Shown: positions 44,317 through 54,847 of the stretch, in pieces | Position numbering within the stretch: the stretch's first letter is position 1 | How the letters are laid out: every line of letters begins with the position of its first letter | Assembly: GCA_025786725.1 (NCBI GenBank) | Contig: JAHLTZ010000025.1 | Coordinates: 248,001-312,000 of the forward strand | Direction: 5' to 3' | From: Syncephalis fuscata S228 | Taxonomy: Eukaryota; Fungi; Zoopagomycota | Length of the DNA: 64,000 nucleotides | Program-made: the position numbers and the translations under genes | The notes under the pieces: model-generated | What the model was told of the DNA's origin: nothing | The model's input: only the letters and a program-made list of their open reading frames with translations | The model's database searches: none

Positions 44317-45284
44317 GTTCACAATGGATACGTGGATCCGCCCAAATCACCCCGACGAATTAAGTGGCCGCTATTGTTCGTTATCACAGCTACTCCCCTA
44401 TAACTGGATAAACAAACTCTTGTTCACACTATTTAGCAGTGTGGCAATATCACGTGTGTACTTGCGCTGCTTTTGCGTGCACAACGTTTAGCTGCGTATC
44501 TATTGAACAAAGTTGTTAAATAAAATAGACAGTAAATAAAATCATACACTTACAAGATGGTATAAAGTAATTGCCACTGCTGAACAGTAAACAAAGGACG
44601 TTTAAATGTTTATCGTCACGCAACGGTACTACACACACAGGAATAGATAGAAGGATAGAAAGAAGAACACGGGTCACCTATTATCGATAAAAGATGATGA
44701 CCGTAGCAATAATAGTAGTGATGGACGTAGGCTTTAAAAGCAAAAATGAATATACGAGACTAATGAACACAAAGGTGCAGGGTCGATAGTGGTATAATAT
44801 ACCAGAGAACGGTCGTTGTTTTAAAGCAACTAAATATGAATAATAAGCAGAAGGGAAGGAAGGAGAGAGCTGAGCTTTGTTGAACCTATTTGCTCTGTAT
44901 AGTTTACATGTTATCGTTGTTGCTCTATTCAAAACAGGTTTTTTTACTATCTGGTAATTGATTGGTGCGTCGGAAGTTAATTACTATTTTTATTAATTCA
45001 ATCGATTCAAGCTTAGGGAACTTAATCGATCGAGCAATTGCTATTAAGGATTTATTGTTTACAGTTAATAAAAATAATCAGCTATTTATTATACATATTT
45101 AAAGTTAAAAAGCAACGTTGAATTAGCCAATAACAATTACATTAGTATTAGAGTTTGGCCAAGTATTATTATACAATATAAATTTATATCGTTTATAATA
45201 AGTTTGTAATTGTTACCACTATTACGCTCATGATATTATGCCCATATTATCCGGCTAATGTGATCCACAATTTAATTTTTGCTA

Positions 45285-45990
45285 ATAGCCGTCAATTAGT
45301 TTTTAATACTGAGAAAGTATGGTTTATTGAGATAATGCTATGCCAACTTCACATAAATTAAACAAAGCTGAGCTGGTCCACATTATTTTCAGTGTTTGAT
45401 GTTTATTATTAGACATTAAGATTAAACAATGTTTTATGCTACAATAAAATATTATGTTTTAATTACTGTATTAACGCAACGGTGCCAATTTGCTTTCTTG
45501 AAGTAGGAAGGGGTGAATAATAAAAGGTATTGATGAGTTACTAGCTATTACACTGTATATATTGTGTATTTTCATATTGCCGTTAATAATAAACATGTTC
45601 TATACTAATAATTTGAATAATAAACCGTCAATTAGTTTTTAATACTGAGAATTACTATTTGTTGAGGCGGCGCTATATCAACTTCAATTGAATTGGCCAG
45701 TCTTAACCAATCAGCTCTATTTTTAATATCCAATATTAGCGTTAATAAATGTTATAATTTAATTATGATGGTAATGCAACAGTGTCAGTTTGCTTTCTTA
45801 TAATAATAGGTGGTAAGAAATTAGAAAGCCTTGGCTCACCACTGGCCATTGTACTGAATATACTGTGCATGTTTCTGCTGGCATTGACATTACATTGTTT
45901 ATTCATTCTTTTAAATTATTGGTTTATTGTTACATCTTCTAGAACATGACCATGTTTTATTACTTTAATAATAAACATGCTTTATGATAA
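45285..45990. repeat. Diverged non-coding tandem duplication (~300-370-bp spacing)
   Basis: CCGTCAATTAGTTTTTAATACTGAGAA at ~45289 and ~45625; TTTGCTTTCTT blocks at ~45489 and ~45788; TTAATAATAAACATG at ~45583 and ~45965. Confidence 0.65.
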
Positions 45991-46352
45991 TGAGTAGTTT
46001 TTAATGTCAAATGACTTTTATTTTTAATGCATTTATTTATTTACTATTAATCTGTTCTATGATGTACCTACATGTTGGGTAGATTGACTTTTATTATTTA
46101 CACTCCATTTATTAATAAATTAAACTCGACTGTTTATAAATATTGACTGACAGGCTCAAGATATTGATATTGCTGCTCCTATTCATACCACTATATTTTG
46201 ATTCAAACAATAAAAACTTTTTTAAAGAAATTAAGTTTAATACGTTTTTAACAAAATAAATCATGAACAACATCACATAATCATGATACTCATACTCTAC
46301 ATTCTATTTACTATGATAATGAATTAATTTTTATTATTAAATGAGCAAACTG

Positions 46353-47360
46353 TTAGTTATCTGAATTGGCACTATCATCATCACTATCATCATCACTATA
46401 AGCGACTAACGACATCAGTGGATTATTTGGTACGGATTTAGATACTGTTGCTGCTGCTTTTTTTGTATTTGTTGATTCTGATGATGTTGGTATTTGTTTT
46501 GCTTGTTTAGTAGGTGGTTCATTTGTGGTTACCATAGATTTGCCCTCTTTCTTAGCCGACGTATCAGTATTTACGGCTGAAAAAGGTCGCTTACGTATAA
46601 CTGCTTTGCCTAATAGTTGTCGCTGTCGGTCAGATGAAATTATACGTGACTTATTATTTGGCATAGATGCCGTTGATTCCTTCTGTGTAGTCGATGGCAG
46701 TAAACTGGTCGTCTTTACCTGTTCTTTAGTATCTCTGACTGGCAGTATAGGCGCTATAGTATCTGTAGCTGTTGCTTGAGCCCTATAAGTTAACATATCA
46801 TAAGACATAATGACAAGTATTCTTAATAAATAAAACTTGCCTACGAAAGGCATCTAGCTCTACTTTCTCCTGTGCTCGTTTCTCTTGTTCTTTTGCGGTT
46901 TCCTCCGATTGAATTGATTGTAAAAAACCGATTTCCTCATCATCTAACCGATGTACCAGATTCGCTATTAACAAATAATCTATTAGCTGCCTAGTAGATT
47001 AAATGCTGTCCTGGTCGCAGATTACTGACCCAAACGTGTTGCCTCTTGAAAAGCATCCTCCTTTTTCTGTCGCTGCTCCTGTAGCTTTTCGTACAAAGGA
47101 CGCGGATCATATGGCGCCTCCTCCATCGGAGGAACTACGTATTACAAGAAAACGTACAGTCAGCTCATAGATTTTAGCGTGAAAGTAAGAATGACCCTTG
47201 CTGCATATTGTTCCAGTACCGACTGTATAATATAGTCTATTGCTTTACCTTCTCCGTCAGTAGCATGCACCTTGCGCCATTCCTCTTCTCTTGCCCGCCG
47301 CTGCTCATCCAATGTGTCTTGGGACACAAAGTTGCGTTGAATTGGTAAATCGCCTTCCAT
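46353..47360 (-). CDS. FAM192A/NIP30/Fyv6 N-terminal domain protein
   Basis: FVSQDTLDEQRRAREEEW...PYDPRPLYEKLQEQRQKKEDAFQE...NLVHRLDDEEIGFL; C-terminal LVAYSDDDSD. Confidence 0.88.
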
Positions 47361-47637
47361 AGTAAGATAATTAGTGGCAAGAAAACAGTAAAAGCATTAC
47401 AGTTTGATATTTAATGTCATTCATCACCCATCATCATGCTCAATAAATTAAATATGATTAAAATAGTTATTTTAACCACAAATTATACTAAATGGCTAAT
47501 AAATTCAATTAAATTGTATAATAATGTTAAATCACACACAGTGTATTATATAATAATGCATTTTATTTAAATCAACTAGCAAGTATCAAAATTAAAAGTT
47601 AAAAATTAAATGGTACATATTATGTATATATTAATCC

Positions 47638-47848
47638 AATAACAACGATTGCGGAACGATATGGAATTGCGATCATACGACTTTTATTAATATTCAATCA
47701 ATCTTTCTATGCATGGCCGACAACAACAACAATTAGCCTCAGATATTTCAATGAAATCAAACAGTATGTTGTGCATAACCGCATGACTTCAATTGGAACA
47801 AATTTTACTTTGAGGAATCAAAACGTGGAAGTCAAAGCAAAAATGACT
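47638..47848 (+). mobile_element. Decayed Fanzor/TnpB-type element 3' end (copy with internal ~60-bp deletion)
   Basis: Translates NNNDCGTIWNCDHTTFINIQSIFLCMADNNNN*PQIFQ*; aligns with 60885..61153. Confidence 0.7.
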
Positions 47849-49111
47849 TGATTATATAAATATTACGCGCTCAATCCAATGGTATGTAAAAGATTACAAT
47901 GTGATTGTAAATATCTATTTGTACAAACAGCCAGAATTATAAGCTATAGTGACAATGATAAGTTATTTACAAACTAAACTTATTGATTCAATTTTATTTA
48001 CATCTCTCTGTTTAACGTTGCTGCTGTTCTGGCCGCATCAGCAACAGCCAACTCTTGATAAATACAGTTCAGCTTAGCATAACTATATTGATTTGCTATA
48101 GGTTAAACCAGTAAACCTTTGAGTTGCCAATTGTTTTCCATTGGTTTCTGCTTTGGCTTGTTCTTCTATATTCCATTTTGCTTGACTTGTCAGAAGTGGC
48201 TTCAGAAATGTGGGCAGCACAGGCCTTGGATGATTACCGGTTGATATGCGACTCATTGACATTATGCACTCGAAATTGGTGATATTTGGCTAAAGCTTCT
48301 ATTGTGTCTAGTCTAGTGTCTGCATATTGTATTTCGTGTAATTTATCTGAGGCAATATAGTTTACAACTGAAAAACCGATGACGAAAATAACATGTTGGA
48401 ATGTCCCATTGCTTAAAATGCCGTGATAAATCATCCTACAAATAGTACTTATTGTATAGTTAATTTCAGGCAATTTGAATTAGCCGCCATTTGAATGATG
48501 GCAGTTGCACAACATGTGGCATGATATGCCTAAATGTGATGCATTTGTAAATTCGAAACAATTGCTACCCTATGACAATAGGCATAGTGTCGAATGAAAT
48601 GTATACATGTACCAATCAGTACACTTTATAATTTAAAAATTACAGCTGATTTATGTATGGCAGTAGAAACCTGTATAAAATACCAGTTTGATACATTAAA
48701 CTTGTTTTGTATTAGTGTTGTGTGCTATTCTGTATGCATGCGGATATCGAAAACCGAGTCATTGAGTGGAAGTGACAGCAAAGACATCATTATCGTTTTA
48801 CAAAACCAAACAATTTACTTGTTTTCACCAAATAGCTAAACCGTGTAACAAAAAATACAGAATGATGCGCATGTCTCTATCGCATATGTACTGCTCGTTG
48901 GAATTTCCGCGTCATCTGTGTAAATGCCGAGAAGATTGAAGTAAAGGCTGGTCAGGTTAAAATCAAGACTAGAAAGTATGATGTCACACCATAAATTTAT
49001 TGGTACACGTACGTTTCAAACCATTATTTGAATTGCTTTATTGGTTCATATTACACATCAATGGTATATCTCGTATACTGCAGCATACTGGCATCTCAGC
49101 ATAGCTGTAAG

Positions 49112-49119
49112 TATAAATA
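49112..49119 (+). promoter_or_regulatory. Putative TATA box of the micro-exon gene
   Basis: TATAAATA ~140 nt upstream of ATG 49257, followed by a CA-rich leader; start context CACCATG. Confidence 0.55.
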
Positions 49120-49256
49120 GCTTACAAAATATACACAACCAACTGCAGTATTATCATCACACTCTACTTCCTACTAAACACACACAACTCTCCACTCTAT
49201 ACCAACCACACTCTACTATTTCTTTTATTTGTTTGTCTTAACAAATCAATATCACC

Positions 49257-52127
49257 ATGAAGCTTTCTATTGCCGTCGTTTGCACCATTGTCGTGGCTCT
49301 TGTGGCCAATACAGCCGTGGTGGATGCTAAACCAGCTTTAGTTCGCCGTGGTATGTTGCAATAACAATAAATATACCATAATATTTTATTTACTAACAGC
49401 ATTTTTAAATAATAATTATAATAGATCGTAAGTTATATTGTATGCTAACTAATTACCCACTGATTATATACCATGTACTGTGTGCGTCAACAAATAAATA
49501 TCATAGCTGGTAGGTTGCATTACATATCAATAGAACATACACTAATTATGCACCATGTACTACATCCATTAACTAATTAACATTAGGTGAATGTAAGTTT
49601 ATTGTATATTAATTGATTACTCACTAATTGCATGTTATGCACTATGTGTATCAACAAATTAACACTAATAGGCCGTAAGTAATATTATATATTGTTAACT
49701 TAGACATTAATTATATACCGTGTATTATGTGTATCAACAATTCAATGCCATAGTTGGTAGGTTGTATTTTGCTTTAACTGATTATGAGCTAATTATATAC
49801 TATGCACCACGTATATCAATAACTTAAACTAATAGTGTGTAAGTTATATTTTACATTAATTGAACATTGATTAATTACATATCGTGTATCGTATATATCA
49901 ATAATTTAATAATAGGTGGTAAGTAGCATTGTATGTTGCTGATTTATAAATTAATTATATATCGTGTATTGTGTATATCAATAACTGGGTGGAATAGTTG
50001 GTAAGTGACATTGCATATTATTTTATTTTATTTTGAAAAGCTTGTGAGCCCCCGCTGCATATAATTAAATAATTTGCGCTGCTTCGCACTATATTTGGAC
50101 TTTTCCAAGCTTTTAACGGATGGAATGCCGCGTTTTTGCGCAAACCTAGTCCATATAGATTTTACACGGGGCCATCTTCTTTTAAATGGTGCTACACAGC
50201 ACTATTCCCTTAAAGTTGGCCCCAATTGCTTTTTCCTCGGCTATTCTAGCCAAAGTCTTGTTTCCAAACCTACTTATTGGGTTCTGGTTTGCAATTTGTT
50301 AACTAGAGAAAACTGGAGAGATTTTTCACTTAAGGATTGATTTAAACCTCAGTTTAAATCCGGAATCTTCAGCTTGGGAAACACTGCCTTACCTACCGGG
50401 CTAGCAACGTTTCCCGTGGAATTGTATATTAGCTGATTATACACTAATTATATCCATGTATTGCATGTGCATTAATAATTTGATATTAACAGAAAGTAAG
50501 TTATATTTTATATTAGTTATTTACTTACTAATCATATTCATGTACTATGTATAAACAAATATTAATAGAATGTAAGTAGCATTATATATTAATTGATTAC
50601 TGGTCAACTATATACCGTGTATTGTCTGTATTAATAATTTACTATTAATAGGCAGTAGGTGATATTGTACATTAATTAAATATGCGCTAATTATGTGTCG
50701 TATGCTGTGTGCATTTATAATTTAATATTAATAGAGAGTAAGTTGTATTGTATATAAATTGACTATACATTAACTATAATATTTACTGGTGGTATTAATT
50801 ATTTGATATTAATAGAGAGTAAGTGGCACTGTATATTAATTGACTATACATTAATAATGCTATTTATTGCTAATATCAATTATTTAATGTTAATAGATTG
50901 TAAGTGATATTGTATATTAATTGGATATACATTAACTATGCTATTTACTGATTGTATTGATTATTTAATATTAATAGGGAGTAAGTGGTGTTGTATATTA
51001 ACTAACTATACATTAACTATACTATTTACTGATTGTATCAATTATTTAATATTAATAGTGGGTAAGTTGTATTGTATATTAATTTACTATACATTAACCA
51101 TGCTATTTACCTATGATATTGCTTATTTAATATTAATAGGTCGTAAGTGATGTTTTATATTAATTAGCTATACATTAACTATGCTATTTACTAATGGTAT
51201 TAATTATTTAATATTAATAGCTGGTAAGTCATATTTTATATTAATCGACTATACATTAAATATGCTATTTACTGGGTGTATTGCTTATTTAATATTAATA
51301 GAACGTAAGCTATATTGTATATTAATTGGCTATACATTAACTATACTATTTACTGATTGTATTGCTTATTTAATATTAATAGCTGGTAAGCTATCTTGTA
51401 TATTAATCGGCTATATATTAACTATGCTATTTACTAATTATATTAATTATTTAATATTAATAGTGGGTAAGTTGTATTGTATATTAATTTACTATACATT
51501 AACCATGCTATTTATTGATTGTACCAATTATTTAATATTACCAGCTTGTAAGTGATGTCTTATATTATTTAATTATACATTAACTATGCTATTTACTGAC
51601 GGTATTGCTTATTTAATATTAATAGGTCGTAAGTGGTATTATATTATCTGATTATACATTAACTATGTTATTTACTGATGGTATTGATTATTTAACATTA
51701 ATAGGTTGTAAGTTGCATGATATATTATCTGATTATACATTAACTATGCTATTTATTGATTGTACCAATTGTTTAATAATAATAGTTGGTAAGTTATATT
51801 GTATATTAATTGGATATACATTAACTATATACTATGTATTGTGTATCAACAACTTAATATTAATAGAATGTAAGCTGTACTGCATATTAATTGATTACTC
51901 ACTAATTATATGTTATTTATTGGTTGCACTAATTATTTAATATAATAGGCGGCGGTAAGTGGTATTTTATATTAATTGGCTATGCATTAATTACATGCTG
52001 TCTATTATGTGTATTAATATATTAATATTAATAGTTCGTAAGTTGTACTGTGTATTAACTGACTTATACATTAACTATACGACATGTAATATCTTTATTT
52101 ATAAATGCAGCCAACCCACAATCATAA
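49257..52127 (+). CDS. Micro-exon gene: 30 exons encoding a 66-aa secreted Cys-rich prepropeptide
   Basis: Exon 1 is 49257..49350 (MKLSIAVVCTIVVALVANTAVVDAKPALVRR + G). Micro-exons start at 49425 ATC, 49507 CTG, 49587 GTGAAT, 49672 GCC, 49754 TTG, 49836 TGT, 49916 GTG, 49998 TTG, 50493 AAA, 50569 AAT, 50652 GCA, 50735 AGA, 50816 AGA, 50897 ATT, 50978 GGA, 51059 TGG, 51140 GTC, 51221 CTG, 51302 AAC, 51383 CTG, 51464 TGG, 51545 CTT, 51626 GTC, 51705 GTT, 51786 TTG, 51867 AAT, 51949 GCGGCG, 52035 TTC. Last exon is 52111..52127. Each micro-exon is flanked by (T/C)AG and GTA(A/G)G(T/C); the joined frame has no stop. Confidence 0.88.
49351..52110 (+). repeat. Tandem array of ~81-bp units, each an intron plus a 3-nt exon
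   Basis: Central consensus approx. GTAAGTTGTATTGTATATTAATTGACTATACATTAACTATGCTATTTACTGATTGTATTAATTATTTAATATTAATAG-NNN; exact 81-nt spacing from 50735 to 51626. Confidence 0.95.
50021..50420 (-). mobile_element. SINE-like insertion (tRNA-type A/B boxes) in intron 9 of the micro-exon gene
   Basis: 400-bp GC-richer insert flanked by ATTGCATATTA (50010..50020) and ATTGTATATTA (50421..50431); (AAAAT)n tail on the minus strand; A-box-like TAGCCCGGTAGG (50403..50392) and B-box-like GGTTTAAATC (50348..50339). Confidence 0.7.
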
Positions 52128-54139
52128 AAGCATTAACATTGGTAGTGCAATCGGATCATTATTCCAATACACTTTAGGTATATATTCGGTGAAATGCAAG
52201 ACTATTTGACAACTACGCCGTCCAGTCTATTTATATCAAGTTTTGGCCAATGCTCCGGTTTATCCAGTCTCTAATCAATGGAATCATTATTTTGCCAACA
52301 ACTTTGCATTTAGTTGTTCCTATTCAACTGTGCAAGTTTATAGTAATAAACTTATGGTTCCATCTTAATTATATACAATCAAATTGCTATATCTATAATT
52401 ATATCATGTAAGCTATAAACATAGATTGTTATGGATAGTAGCAAAGCTATCATTATCATATAGCCAAGTAATAGTATGCTGAAATTAGAATAAATACGCT
52501 TTTTAATAAAACACGACAATAAAGCATACGATATTATAAAACAAAATAAATAGACAAAACGAATACGTGAATAGTAATAACAAAACTATACTGTATGCAA
52601 TTAGCCAATAGTAATGAACGAAATGGATCAAGATCTGCTAAAAGAATACAGTTAGCAATGAACTTTTAGCTTTTATTAATATAATTTCTACAATTTACAA
52701 TATTAATGATATAGACGGACATATAGTATATGTATACAGGATAGATATGTACAGCACAATAATAATGATAAATAAATAGTTTAATAACCAATGACACTCA
52801 TCACTCAGTTTCATCTTTAATAAAATGAATATTTAGTTTAAATAGGTGGCTATTATAGCTATTTAACTGCCAAATCACATTAAACAACCAATAGTATGTT
52901 TAATATTGTCGAAAAGTTAGCTTTATTTAGCTAATAAAAGTATCATAAGATTTAATACAAATCAAGTGGTTTAAATGGTTTGTTACAGCACTTTTTTAAG
53001 CTTCTTTCACCATGCTCCATGGCTTTTCTAAATTAGAACATTAGAGCGACTACTACAACATTTAGAAATGGATGTTACAAGTAAATTGTTTTAGTTTATT
53101 AATGACAAATGTCATGTTGACGGTTTTATTTTGCATATCTTCACTCTTGCTTGATACACCAACTAATTAATTTAAGTTGATCAAAGCAATAACACTTTTA
53201 TGTAATTCGGAATTATTTAATTGCTATATCTGATATTCAAAATACTCTAAATCAATCTAATCTTATTTGTTGGTTAGATTTAAAATCTAAAATATTTATT
53301 AATTAAATAATTTTTGTTTGCATTACACTTTATTTATTTTGATAGTTGTTTCATTAGTAGTTTGTGTTTGTTCAATAAAAACGGTTATTTAACATCAACT
53401 ACTGTTTCAACACAATTAGTGCTAATTTCTACATAGCATATTTTTGTATTGTATTTTTTTGAGTTGCATTTGCCGCAAGTATATTATCGAAAGTCTTTTA
53501 ACAAATAAATGCGATTGACATTACTGTTAATATTGCTACAATGAACTAAATTATGTAAATAAGCAAAGTTTTATAATCTAATTCATTTTAATTTATTATC
53601 AAAATTTATACAATTGTAACTATTGTTATAAGTTAAAGCCATTTGATACTAATAAGTATTATTATTAAACTAATATTAAAACATCTAAGTAAGCTACTAT
53701 TTCTATTTCTTTTTCCTTTAGCTACTTGGTCAAAGTTACATAATTTTATTACTAGTGTTATAGCAATGCCACCCTTTTTTTAGCGAATCAAAAGCATACC
53801 AAATTTTGTAATGAGAAATAATTGCATCTATTGAGCTATTATAATTGCTAGTATGTATTAAATAATTAAATACGCATTTAATGCTTTTAACGTTGGATAA
53901 CCATTTATACAGATTTAAAGTGTTATCAATTTTGATGGTTTGGCTAAGTCTAAACAAATAGCCAATTGTTAATATCAAATAAAGCAAGGGGATACACATC
54001 CCTTACATATTTTGCTTAAATGAAATTAAGGAGATGTTTGTATTAAATAGATTAGCTGGCCAAATATGCCAATATTCATTATCTCTTTAAGTTTGCACAA
54101 ATATCTATTTTTTCAATACGACTATATAATTGCTTAAAA

Positions 54140-54796
54140 ATGCAAGTGTTACACTTTATGTTTATTGCAGTATGGTGGCTGTTTTTAACCACAAACGAAG
54201 GACTGGCTCATGAAAATGAAAACACTGTCGATTTAATGAGCATTCCATTAAATGAAAAATCTACAACTACGGCAGAACCACACACTGCTCCCAATGCCAC
54301 CACGGCTACAACTATGGCTGCACCACACAATGCTACCAATGTTGCTAATACTACTATGGCCATCGTAGCTACCGCTAATAATACTAAAAGTATCATTAAC
54401 ACCAATACTAAACCAGCAGCTACTAGTATCAATGGCGGTAGTGCAACAATAGCCGTTAGCAATAACACAGCACTTGCAGCCAATACTACAAGCAAAGTTG
54501 GACAAGTTGCTACAGGTAATAGCTCTGTTAGTAATAGATCTAGTAGTCATAATACAGATGAGCAATTCCTATTTCCTCTACCAACTCTGACTGCAGCTGA
54601 TACCAGTCCAGCAAGTGCACCTGACACCAAAAATCAAACAGACCACAAATCAATACCAACAAGTCGTAATGCTACACGTAGTCGTATACGTAACAATCGA
54701 CAAGACTTGAATGATGCCAATAAATTTATGACTTATTGGTTTACTTGTCTAATGGCTGTATTAACCTCTAGTGCAGTTATATATTGGCATAAATAA
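54140..54796 (+). CDS. Secreted Thr/Ala/Asn-rich mucin-like surface protein, probably GPI- or TM-anchored
   Basis: N-terminal signal peptide, low-complexity T/A/N body with many N-x-S/T sequons, hydrophobic C-terminus. Confidence 0.75.
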   Translation: MQVLHFMFIAVWWLFLTTNEGLAHENENTVDLMSIPLNEKSTTTAEPHTAPNATTATTMAAPHNATNVANTTMAIVATANNTKSIINTNTKPAATSINGGSATIAVSNNTALAANTTSKVGQVATGNSSVSNRSSSHNTDEQFLFPLPTLTAADTSPASAPDTKNQTDHKSIPTSRNATRSRIRNNRQDLNDANKFMTYWFTCLMAVLTSSAVIYWHK

Positions 54797-54847
54797 AATA
54801 TTTTATTCACTAGAGTTAAATAAATGACGAATAAATGTTTTATTGTT

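Noticed and set aside
47995-48480. Possible minus-strand gene fragment (GC-richer, one intron-like segment)
   Set aside because: No consistent frame, start or recognisable motif; may be a pseudogene relic but cannot be supported.
50074-50340. 88-aa ORF inside the SINE-like insert
   Set aside because: TTG start, no recognisable domain, opposite strand to the inferred element polarity.
49351-52110. CRISPR-like or plain minisatellite interpretation of the array
   Set aside because: Eukaryotic context, no cas genes, variable part only 3-6 nt and always bounded by AG/GT splice sites.
50938-52177. Hydrophobic repetitive ORFs (50938..51150, 51181..51555, 51665..51940, 51959..52177) resembling membrane proteins
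   Set aside because: They are read-throughs of the 81-bp intron repeat, broken by stops; the splice-signal pattern explains the region far better.
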